From contig QAMT01000023.1 in NCBI GenBank assembly GCA_003150755.1, forward strand, positions 85,474 through 149,473: a DNA stretch of 64,000 bases, given 5' to 3'. The stretch comes from Phascolarctobacterium sp. GTDB lineage: Bacteria; Bacillota; Negativicutes; Acidaminococcales; Acidaminococcaceae. Below are positions 1 to 7,144 of the stretch, piece by piece. Within the stretch, counting starts at the first letter, position 1. Each line of letters begins with the position of its first letter. Under the pieces are notes generated by a model. That model searched no databases. It was not told the origin of the DNA and saw only the letters and a program-made list of their open reading frames with translations. A program made the translations under genes and the position numbers.

Positions 1-261
1 GGTATCCATGTGGGCAATAAGCCCGATGACGGGTGCAGCATCCTCCGTATTGGCGGGCAGTTCTGCCAGCACATAGCATTTATCCGTAACTTTAACGCCG
101 GTAAGCCCCAGCGAGTTCAGTTCGTTTTTTAAGTATTCCGCAAGCTGCCACTGGCCTTCGCTGCTGGGCTGCTGCGTGCTTCTTTCGTCCGAAGCCGTAT
201 TTATCTGTGCATAAGCGGTAAACCTTTTTACAAGGCGTTCCGCGTCAAGTTCATAGTTCAT
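1..261 (-). CDS. pepT: Peptidase T (tripeptide aminopeptidase), N-terminal fragment; gene runs off the left edge
   Basis: My own translation of the minus strand from the ATG at 261 gives MNYELDAERLVKRFTAYAQINTASDERSTQQPSSEGQWQLAEYLKNELNSLGLTGVKVTDKCYVLAELPANTEDAAPVIGLIAHMDT. This is a PepT/M20B-like N-terminus ending in the HxD metal-ligand motif. It is absent from the ORF track because it is truncated. Confidence 0.7.
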   Translation of the reverse strand, partial: MNYELDAERLVKRFTAYAQINTASDERSTQQPSSEGQWQLAEYLKNELNSLGLTGVKVTDKCYVLAELPANTEDAAPVIGLIAHMDT

Positions 262-733
262 GGTTAGCCTTCTTTTCTGAATATTCCTGCCATAATTGGC
301 TGATAGTTTTTTGCAGCACCGGGTGGAGTTTCTGCGGCGCTATTTCTGCCAGCGGACGCAGCACAAAGTCGCGGTTCTGCATATCCGGGTGCGGCACAAT
401 AAGATTCTGTTCGTCAATGACCTCATCGCCGTAAAAAATCAAATCCAAATCTATAATGCGCTCGCCCCAATGGCGCAGGCGCACGCGCCCCATTTCAATC
501 TCCGTTGCCAGCAGCATTTTTAAAAGCTCCTGTGCGCCAAGCTCCGTGCGTACCTCGCAAACTCCATTTAAAAAGCGCGGCTGGTCGGTAACGCCGTAAG
601 GGTCAGTGTCGATATATGATGATACCTTTACAATTTGCAGGCCTTTTGCCGCAAGGCGTTTTAAAGCTTCGTCAAGGTTATCCTTTAAGCTGCCGAGATT
701 AGTTCCCAGCGCCACATAAGCCGTTACCTGCAT
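251..733 (-). CDS. folK: 2-amino-4-hydroxy-6-hydroxymethyldihydropteridine diphosphokinase (HPPK)
   Basis: 160 aa. HPPK-like blocks are present (ALGTNLG, DTDPYG, RHWGERIIDLDLI, LIVPHP). It overlaps the folP stop by 10 nt. Confidence 0.9.
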   Translation of the reverse strand: MQVTAYVALGTNLGSLKDNLDEALKRLAAKGLQIVKVSSYIDTDPYGVTDQPRFLNGVCEVRTELGAQELLKMLLATEIEMGRVRLRHWGERIIDLDLIFYGDEVIDEQNLIVPHPDMQNRDFVLRPLAEIAPQKLHPVLQKTISQLWQEYSEKKANHEL

Positions 734-1902
734 AAAACCGCCTCCAGCATGCGCACGGCGCGCAGATTTTCTTTAACGTCATGCACGCGCACCAGCTGCG
801 CACCGGCATATACTGCCTGGCAGCTTAACGCCAGCGTGCCTTCCAGGCGCTCCTGCGGCGGCAAATCGCCCAGCGTCTGCCCGATGACGGTTTTGCGCGA
901 CGCCGCCAAAAGAACAGGATACCCCAAGCCGGTCAACGCATCCAACCCCTGCAAAAGTTCAAGGTTCTGCTGCGTATTTTTGGCAAAGCCAATGCCGGGG
1001 TCTAAAATAATTTTATCCGCACCGATGCCAAGCTCTACAAGGCTTTCTGCACGCTCTTTTAAATAAGCGGCAACCTCCGTTACCACGTTATCATATCCGC
1101 AGTTTTGCTGCATGGTTTTAGGCGTGCCGCGCATGTGCATCAGCACTACCGGCACTTTGGCATCATCAGCTATCTGCGCCATAGCGGCATCGCCCGTCAG
1201 CGCCGTAACGTCGTTTATAATATCCGCGCCCGCGCTGATTGCCGCCTTCGCCGTCTGTGCGTGATAGGTATCAACAGAAACAATGCTCTGCGGAAAGGCT
1301 TTTTTTACAGCTTCTATGGCAGGCACAACGCGGCGGATTTCTTCTTCCGTGCTTACTGCGTCGCTGCCGGGGCGCGTGCTTTCGCCGCCAATATCCAAAA
1401 TATCCGCGCCGTCATTAAGCATCTGCTCTGCCTTTACCAGCACATCTGCGCCAACGCGCGAGCCGCTGTAAAACGAATCGGGCGTAACATTTAAAATGCC
1501 CATAATGCGCATTTTATCATAAACAAGCTGCCGGCCGTCCGCCAGCACCGTTACAGGCTGCTGTGATGCAAGCAACGCCTGCAATTCTTCACGGATTTTA
1601 GAGAGCCCGAAAAACGGCATCTGCGCCAGCTTGCGCACTAAAATACGGTAATGCTTAACCGTGCCCAACAGTACGGCATCGACGTATTTGGTATCGTTTA
1701 AAATGCAGCCGCTGGGCACTGCGCAGTCGCCGCCTGCCGCCAGCATTTCCTGCTTTAAAATATTGGCTGCCGGTGTGCGCACCTGCGTCAGCTTCAGCGG
1801 CAAAATTACGCTTTTAGCGGCAAAAATGCCGCAGCTGGCGGGGTGTACGCCAAGCCGGGCAATTTCGCCTTTTAAATTATGTCCGTTAAGTTTTATAATC
1901 AT
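724..1902 (-). CDS. folP: Dihydropteroate synthase with an extra ~125-aa N-terminal domain
   Basis: 392 aa. The C-terminal ~265 aa carries DHPS blocks (GILNVTPDSFYSG, DIGGESTRPG, SVDTY, INDV, LDPGIGFAK). The N-terminal extension is of unknown function. Confidence 0.9.
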   Translation of the reverse strand: MIIKLNGHNLKGEIARLGVHPASCGIFAAKSVILPLKLTQVRTPAANILKQEMLAAGGDCAVPSGCILNDTKYVDAVLLGTVKHYRILVRKLAQMPFFGLSKIREELQALLASQQPVTVLADGRQLVYDKMRIMGILNVTPDSFYSGSRVGADVLVKAEQMLNDGADILDIGGESTRPGSDAVSTEEEIRRVVPAIEAVKKAFPQSIVSVDTYHAQTAKAAISAGADIINDVTALTGDAAMAQIADDAKVPVVLMHMRGTPKTMQQNCGYDNVVTEVAAYLKERAESLVELGIGADKIILDPGIGFAKNTQQNLELLQGLDALTGLGYPVLLAASRKTVIGQTLGDLPPQERLEGTLALSCQAVYAGAQLVRVHDVKENLRAVRMLEAVLCR

Positions 1903-2672
1903 GCCTGCCAGCCCTTTTCCACACAGGCAAAGGCATTGTGGTTATGGATGCTTTCGATGCTTTCCACAGTTACCTCATACCATTTAATGCGTTTATCCGC
2001 CTCAAGGCGCAGAGCAATTTCACGCACGGCATCCTCTACAAAGCGCGGGTTATCGTAAGCCTTTTCCGTAACAAATTTTTCGTCCGGGCGTTTCAGCAGG
2101 CTGTACACCGGCGCACTCGCACCAGCATCGGCCATTTCTGCCAGCTCTTCAATCCAAACCAAACCGTCCGCTTCGATTTCAATCCGCGCCAGCGCACGCT
2201 GGTTGTGCGCGCCGTAATCGCTGATTTCCTTGCTGCAAGGGCACAGGGTCTGCACCGGCACTTCCGCCATTATGCGCAGCTTAAATTCGTCCTGCTTTTC
2301 GGCAGTCAGCACGCAGTTCAAATCCATCGGCGCACGCTGCCCGGTTACCGGCGACGTTTTATAAATAAAATACGGAAACTCCATGCGGATAAAGGCTTTT
2401 TCGGCCTGCAAATGCGTTTTTAAATTGTCCAGCACTTCTTCAAGCCCTGTGGGGCTGATAGCGCCGACTGTCTGCATACATTCCACAAAACGGCTCATAT
2501 GCGTTCCGCGTATTTCGTGCGGTAAATCCACTGCCAGGCTGATGGTGGCAACACTGTGCTGCTCACCCTGCTCTTTGTCCTTTAAGATAACAGGCCAGCG
2601 CAGGTTTTTAATACCGACATGTTTCAGCGGAATGCGGCGCATATCTGTCTGCGATTGTACGTCTTTCATCAC
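1899..2672 (-). CDS. folE2: GTP cyclohydrolase I type 2 (FolE2/GCYH-IB)
   Basis: 257 aa. FolE2 hallmarks RGTHMSRF and CPCSKEIS..GAHNQR are present. It has 4-nt overlaps with both neighbours. Confidence 0.85.
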   Translation of the reverse strand: MMKDVQSQTDMRRIPLKHVGIKNLRWPVILKDKEQGEQHSVATISLAVDLPHEIRGTHMSRFVECMQTVGAISPTGLEEVLDNLKTHLQAEKAFIRMEFPYFIYKTSPVTGQRAPMDLNCVLTAEKQDEFKLRIMAEVPVQTLCPCSKEISDYGAHNQRALARIEIEADGLVWIEELAEMADAGASAPVYSLLKRPDEKFVTEKAYDNPRFVEDAVREIALRLEADKRIKWYEVTVESIESIHNHNAFACVEKGWQA

Positions 2673-3028
2673 AAATCACCTCTGTAAATGCAGCCGCTGG
2701 TTTTGGTTTCCCACACTTCAACTTCGTATAAATCGTAGTTATCAGCATGCAGCAAGTCTTTTAATTTATTCCACACCCATACGCTGATATTTTCTGCCGA
2801 AGGCTGCGGCAGAATATCGTTGATGCAGGCGTGGTCAAGATGCACCAGCACATTTTCCTTTACGATATTTTTCAGGCGGATAAAGTCAATAACCATGCCT
2901 TCATGGTCGGGCGTGCCCTGCACTTTTACCACCAGCTTATAGGTATGCCCGTGCAGGCGCTCGCACTTGCCGTTGTATTCCGGCAGGTAATGCGCAGCGT
3001 CAAACTCAAATTCTTTTAAAACAATCAT
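2669..3028 (-). CDS. COG0720 protein (6-carboxytetrahydropterin synthase QueD / 6-pyruvoyl-tetrahydropterin synthase family)
   Basis: 119 aa. Motif CERLHGH and C-terminal WETKTSGCIYRG, closely resembling QueD-type proteins. It sits inside the folate operon. Confidence 0.85.
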   Translation of the reverse strand: MIVLKEFEFDAAHYLPEYNGKCERLHGHTYKLVVKVQGTPDHEGMVIDFIRLKNIVKENVLVHLDHACINDILPQPSAENISVWVWNKLKDLLHADNYDLYEVEVWETKTSGCIYRGDL

Positions 3029-3038
3029 ATTTCCTCCG

Positions 3039-3503
3039 TTAAACAGTCAGTCCGGCAAAATCCGGCTGCTGGCGCAAAGCCTCATAAGCCACAATGGCGA
3101 CAGAATTGGAAAGGTTAAGGCTTCTTGCCTCGGCAATCATCGGTATGCGCACGCAGCAATCGGCGTATTCATTGCGCAGTTTTTCCGGCAGGCCTGCTGT
3201 TTCCTTACCGAAAATAAGCAGGCTGTCCGGCCCGTATTTTACGTCCGAATAGCGTTTATGCGCCTTGGTAGTCAGCAAAAATTTAGGGTTATCCTTGTAT
3301 TTTTCCAGCACCTCGTACACGCTGTCATAATAATGTATGTCTACCAGGTGCCAGTAATCCAGCCCGGCACGTTTTAAATATTTATCTTCAACCGAAAAGC
3401 CCAGCGGGCGCACCAGATGCAGATGGCAGCCCGTCGCTGCGCACAGGCGCGCAATATTGCCCGTATTGCCGGGAATTTCCGGCTCAACCAATACGATATG
3501 CAT
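3039..3503 (-). CDS. trmL: tRNA (cytidine/uridine-34 2'-O)-methyltransferase, SpoU/TrmH family
   Basis: 154 aa. N-terminal IVLVEPEIPGNTGNIARLC and C-terminal SLNLSNSVAIV knot motifs; size typical of TrmL. Confidence 0.85.
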   Translation of the reverse strand: MHIVLVEPEIPGNTGNIARLCAATGCHLHLVRPLGFSVEDKYLKRAGLDYWHLVDIHYYDSVYEVLEKYKDNPKFLLTTKAHKRYSDVKYGPDSLLIFGKETAGLPEKLRNEYADCCVRIPMIAEARSLNLSNSVAIVAYEALRQQPDFAGLTV

Positions 3504-3507
3504 TAAA

Positions 3508-4467
3508 TCACTTTCCTTCTCTCAAAATCTTTTCAACACGTTCACGCATCGTCAGCTTGCGTTCCTGCTTGGTTTCCTTATCCTTGTCTTTATCTTTATC
3601 CTTATCTTCGTCCTTATGGCTGCCCATATAATTTTTCAGGTATTCAGCCTTGGCTTTTTCAGCTTCTTTCAGGTCGTCCTTATCCATATCCAGCATATTC
3701 TGGTAAATGCGCATTATTTTTTCGCAGTAATGGCTGCCCATGGCCCAGGTGCCGTTCAGCCCGCTCCAGGTATCTACAATGCCGCGCTCCATGCGGATGG
3801 CATGCGCCAGTTCATAACGCGGGTCAACAATATCCGTAGAAGGATGCTTTTTGGTAGTATAAGCCAGCAAATGCTGAATATGCGCACGCACGCCGATGTC
3901 CGGCTCGTCAAAGTATTCGCCTTCTACACCGCCTCCGGTTGTGCCCAAACCGCAAAAATTATTCTGCTCCGGCTTAACGTCGCCGTTAAAACGGAAAAAG
4001 CCTGTTTCCACAATCGCCTGCGCCAATGCCAAATCCTCACGCACGCCCTCGCGCCCGGCTTCTTCCCAGTACAGATGCACCAGCTCATCAACCGAGCAGT
4101 TCAGCTGCGGGTCGGTATTATTCAGATAAATAAGCGCCGCTGCCTGTTCCGGCGTAGCTTCGGCCTTGCCGAAAATACTTATTTTTTTATAATTTTTAGG
4201 CAGGCCTTTGGTATCATAAGTGCTTTCGCTTTTAGCCTTTGTTTTGGCTGCTTTGGCAGATGACGGCTTGGAAGATACCACAGCTTTGTCGCTCTTATTC
4301 TTTTTAATGTTGTTTTTTATAATTTTGGCCGCTGCCGTTGCTACCGTGCTTTTGGTAACTTTAGGCACAGTAACCGCGCGCGGCGATGCCGAAGCGCTGG
4401 CGGCAAACGCCGTTAAGCACGCCAGGGTTACGGCTGTAATTGTACGCTTTTTAAATTTCACTTGCAT
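3508..4467 (-). CDS. Secreted glucosaminidase-domain cell-wall hydrolase with a C-terminal (KD)n tail
   Basis: 319 aa. Signal peptide (LTAFAASASA), a Lys/Ala/Ser-rich linker, LytD/FlgJ-type block LAQAIVETGFF..NNFCGLG, and tail HKDEDKDKDKDKDKE. Confidence 0.65.
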   Translation of the reverse strand: MQVKFKKRTITAVTLACLTAFAASASASPRAVTVPKVTKSTVATAAAKIIKNNIKKNKSDKAVVSSKPSSAKAAKTKAKSESTYDTKGLPKNYKKISIFGKAEATPEQAAALIYLNNTDPQLNCSVDELVHLYWEEAGREGVREDLALAQAIVETGFFRFNGDVKPEQNNFCGLGTTGGGVEGEYFDEPDIGVRAHIQHLLAYTTKKHPSTDIVDPRYELAHAIRMERGIVDTWSGLNGTWAMGSHYCEKIMRIYQNMLDMDKDDLKEAEKAKAEYLKNYMGSHKDEDKDKDKDKDKETKQERKLTMRERVEKILREGK

Positions 4468-4637
4468 TCTCCTTGCTGTATTTTAATTAAAAATTATTGC
4501 AAACATACAAATAAATTTTACATCAAACAGCGGCAAACTGTAAAGGCGTTTTACAGTTGTTTAAGACAAATTCACAAATGAAAACCTTTCGCCGTTATGT
4601 TATAATAAAATAAAGTTATTCAAAAGGAGATGATTGC

Positions 4638-5324
4638 ATGTCAACCGTTTTTAAGTATATCAACCACGCCTGCTTTATGCTCAGCCACGAAGGCCATAAC
4701 ATTATTTTTGACCCGTACCTGGAAGGCTGCCCTAAATTTAAGCCGGGCGACACCGAAGCTTTGAAAGGGCTGAACGTAGAATACATTTTAGTTAGCCATG
4801 CTCATTTTGACCACATCGGCAGCGCTTTTGAACTTGCAAAAGCCTGCGACGCTACGGTAATTTCTACCGCCGAAGTTGCAGGCCTTGCCGGTGAAGCCGG
4901 TGTAAAAGCACACGGCATGCACCTTGGCGGCACGCACAAATTCGATTTCGGCCATGTACGCTTAACGCTGGCCTTCCACGGCAGCGGCGTTGCAGGCGGC
5001 CATGCCTGCGGCTTTATTGTAGATTTTTACGGCACTAAGCTTTACTTTGCGGGCGATACCGCACTGTTCGGCGATATGCAGCTTTTGCAGCGCCTTGACC
5101 CGTTTGATTATGCCGTACTGCCTATCGGCGATAACTTTACCATGGGCCCCGCCGATGCAGCAATTGCCGCCGAATTTTTAAAGGCCAAATATGTTATCCC
5201 CATCCACTACAACACCTGGCCGCTGATTGCCCAGGACCCCGAAGCTTTTAAAGCCAAGGTTGAAGCAGACGGCAGCGCCGAAGTGCTGATTGTGCCTGTC
5301 GGCGAAAGCATTGAATTGAAATAA
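4638..5324 (+). CDS. UPF0173-type metal-dependent hydrolase (metallo-beta-lactamase fold)
   Basis: 228 aa. VSHAHFDHIG motif and overall YtkL/UPF0173-like layout. SD AAGGAG lies upstream of the ATG. Confidence 0.8.
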   Translation: MSTVFKYINHACFMLSHEGHNIIFDPYLEGCPKFKPGDTEALKGLNVEYILVSHAHFDHIGSAFELAKACDATVISTAEVAGLAGEAGVKAHGMHLGGTHKFDFGHVRLTLAFHGSGVAGGHACGFIVDFYGTKLYFAGDTALFGDMQLLQRLDPFDYAVLPIGDNFTMGPADAAIAAEFLKAKYVIPIHYNTWPLIAQDPEAFKAKVEADGSAEVLIVPVGESIELK

Positions 5325-5340
5325 AGGTCAGCAAAATCAA

Positions 5341-5372
5341 AACCGGGAGTATCTGCTCCCGGTTTTTTATTT
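5341..5372 (+). terminator. Rho-independent terminator after the UPF0173 gene
   Basis: aaccgggag-tatctg-ctcccggtt followed by a T-run. Confidence 0.75.
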
Positions 5373-5539
5373 TGGCAAAGATATATAAATATATACGCCA
5401 TATGCTTTTAATGAATTTGCTAAGCTGTTCAAAGCTGATTCTAACTCAAATCCGTCCTTTGAGAAACAACTGTTTTTATGATAAGATAAATTATAAAACA
5501 AATAGTTATAAAATTTTATCGGATTGGAAGAAACTGAAA

Positions 5540-6187
5540 ATGTCAAAATTAGTGCAGCTAGACGAAAACACACCGTCAATCAGATATTTATGCAAAAAAG
5601 ACAAGCGTTTTCAAAAAGTTTTTTCCATGATAGGCAGCATATCCTATGAACTTCAGGAAGATGGTTATTCTTTTTTGATTCATGAAATCATAGAACAAAT
5701 GCTTTCTGCAAAAGCCGCCAACGCTATATACGGCAGGTTGAAAAAACTTTGCGGCGGCTCTGTTTGTCCGGATATTATCAATTCGCTTTCTGATGAACAG
5801 ATTTTAAGTATCGGTACGTCAAGAGCAAAAGTCAAAGCAATCAGAAGTTTGACACAGGAAATAGAAAATGGCAATATTGTTTTTTCTGAATTTGATAATA
5901 TGACTGATGCCGCTGTGCTGCATACATTAACGCGCGTTCATGGGATAGGAATGTGGACGGCAAAAATGTACCTATTATTTGTGTTGGACAGGCAGGATAT
6001 ATTGCCCTTTGAGGATATCGCTTTTTTGCAAGGATATGGCTGGACTTATAAAACAGACGATTATTCGCCCGCAGCTGTCAAAAAGAAGTGCGGCAAATGG
6101 AAGCCGTATTCTTCTATTGCCGCAAGGTATATGTACCTGGCTGTCGATAAAGGATTAACCAAAAAGGAATTTCATCTTTTCAAATAA
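5540..6187 (+). CDS. DNA-3-methyladenine glycosylase II family (HhH-GPD, AlkA-like)
   Basis: HhH block VHGIGMWTAKMYLLF followed by an Asp-containing loop (FEDIAF). I trimmed the track ORF (5372) to the ATG at 5540, which has GGAAG about 10 nt upstream and begins MSKLVQLDENTPSIRYL. Confidence 0.7.
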   Translation: MSKLVQLDENTPSIRYLCKKDKRFQKVFSMIGSISYELQEDGYSFLIHEIIEQMLSAKAANAIYGRLKKLCGGSVCPDIINSLSDEQILSIGTSRAKVKAIRSLTQEIENGNIVFSEFDNMTDAAVLHTLTRVHGIGMWTAKMYLLFVLDRQDILPFEDIAFLQGYGWTYKTDDYSPAAVKKKCGKWKPYSSIAARYMYLAVDKGLTKKEFHLFK

Positions 6188-6204
6188 GCAAAAAAGAAAA
6201 TAAA

Positions 6205-6236
6205 AAAGCAGCCTTCCAAAGAAGACTGCTGATTTT
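6205..6236. terminator. Bidirectional terminator between the glycosylase gene and the tRNA cluster
   Basis: agcagccttc-caaa-gaagactgct hairpin with A-run upstream and T-rich downstream; on the minus strand it is followed by TTTTTTATTTT. Confidence 0.65.
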
Positions 6237-6239
6237 CGG

Positions 6240-6315
6240 TGGTGGGCGCTAACGGGATCGAACCGCTGACATTCTGCTTGTAAGGCAGACGCTCTCCCAG
6301 CTGAGCTAAGCGCCC
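6240..6315 (-). tRNA. tRNA-Val (anticodon UAC)
   Basis: Reverse complement GGGCGCTTAGCTCAGCTGGGAGAGCGTCTGCCTTACAAGCAGAATGTCAGCGGTTCGATCCCGTTAGCGCCCACCA. Full cloverleaf, loop CTTACAA, encoded CCA. Confidence 0.95.
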
Positions 6316-6318
6316 GAA

Positions 6319-6393
6319 TGGTGACCGGTGGGGGAATCGAACCCCCGATACCGCCGTGAAAGGGCGGTGTCTTAACCGCTTGACCAACCGGCC
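6319..6393 (-). tRNA. tRNA-Glu (anticodon UUC)
   Basis: Reverse complement GGCCGGTTGGTCAAGCGGTTAAGACACCGCCCTTTCACGGCGGTATCGGGGGTTCGATTCCCCCACCGGTCACCA. Loop CTTTCAC, encoded CCA. Confidence 0.95.
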
Positions 6394-6396
6394 AGG

Positions 6397-6472
6397 TGGC
6401 TCCCCGAGTAGGACTCGAACCTACGACGCCCTGATTAACAGTCAGGTGTTCTACCGGCTGAACTATCGGGGA
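6397..6472 (-). tRNA. tRNA-Asn (anticodon GUU)
   Basis: Reverse complement TCCCCGATAGTTCAGCCGGTAGAACACCTGACTGTTAATCAGGGCGTCGTAGGTTCGAGTCCTACTCGGGGAGCCA. Loop CTGTTAA, encoded CCA. Confidence 0.95.
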
Positions 6473-6501
6473 ATTTCTTTGTGGTGCTGACCACATATGC
6501 T

Positions 6502-6530
6502 ATTATACGGTTTTAAGGTGTTCTTGTCAA
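6502..6530 (-). promoter_or_regulatory. Consensus sigma-70/SigA promoter of the tRNA Asn-Glu-Val cluster
   Basis: Minus strand reads TTGACA-17 nt-TATAAT, about 30 nt upstream of tRNA-Asn. Confidence 0.8.
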
Positions 6531-6555
6531 CACTTTTTTTAAAATTTTTTAAAAT

Positions 6556-7023
6556 TTATTTTACAGCAATTTTTACAACGATTTTCTGCACGTCGCAGGG
6601 CGCTTCCTGCGCATTACATCCGGGACGGTGCAGCTCCCACGGAAACAGCACTGCAAAGTCGCCGGCATTTAAAATAACAGCGTCCTTTTCGGCAATATTT
6701 TCAAAAAACAGCAGGTCGCGTTCTTCGGCGTAATCTTCCACAACTTTCACGTCATCCGTGCGCGGAGCAAAATAAATTTTTTCCGTGCCTTTACCTAAAA
6801 ACTGCACATCAATGTATTTATTATGGGCTTCCGGTTTCTTTTTGCTGCTGTCCTCTGTTGTGTATGTATCAACATTGGCATACATCCTATCGCCGTCAAG
6901 TTCATATCTGCCGTTAGGCACTTTGCTAAAATCGGTCGCAGCCAGGTATTTTAACGCTTTTTGCAAATCTTCGCTTACATACGGCAGCAATTTTTCAATA
7001 TCTGTTTTATGTCCAAAAATCAT
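6556..7023 (-). CDS. YhcH/YjgK/YiaL (DUF386, EbgC/TabA-like) family protein
   Basis: 155 aa. The N-terminus MIFGHKTDIEKLLPY and block GRYELDGDRMYANVDTYTT resemble the family. Confidence 0.7.
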   Translation of the reverse strand: MIFGHKTDIEKLLPYVSEDLQKALKYLAATDFSKVPNGRYELDGDRMYANVDTYTTEDSSKKKPEAHNKYIDVQFLGKGTEKIYFAPRTDDVKVVEDYAEERDLLFFENIAEKDAVILNAGDFAVLFPWELHRPGCNAQEAPCDVQKIVVKIAVK

Positions 7024-7081
7024 GTTATCAGCCCTCTCTTGTTAAATATAAGTTATATTCTGCGCCGCCGTTAAAAATCCT

Positions 7082-7110
7082 TTGCAAAAAACTGCTGTTT
7101 AGGATAAAAT
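7082..7110 (+). promoter_or_regulatory. Putative promoter of the ABC-F gene
   Basis: TTGCAA-17 nt-TAAAAT, about 35 nt upstream of the GTG start. Confidence 0.55.
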
Positions 7111-7144
7111 TGTGCATATCGCTATTTAAAGAGAGGACTAAAAC

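Noticed and set aside
5372-5539. N-terminal extensions of several track ORFs: 5372, 8755-9216, 10549-11877, 33722, 35323-36060, 42951, 55329, 59337 and 29952-31448.
   Set aside because: In each case an internal ATG is preceded by a good SD at 6-12 nt and gives a family-typical N-terminus. The upstream start either lacks an SD, abuts or contains it, or lies in a regulatory RNA. Coordinates were trimmed accordingly.
6155-6496. Track ORFs of 113 aa and 71 aa on the minus strand.
   Set aside because: They are read straight through the three tRNA genes (Asn, Glu, Val) and their promoter and terminator, so they are not coding.
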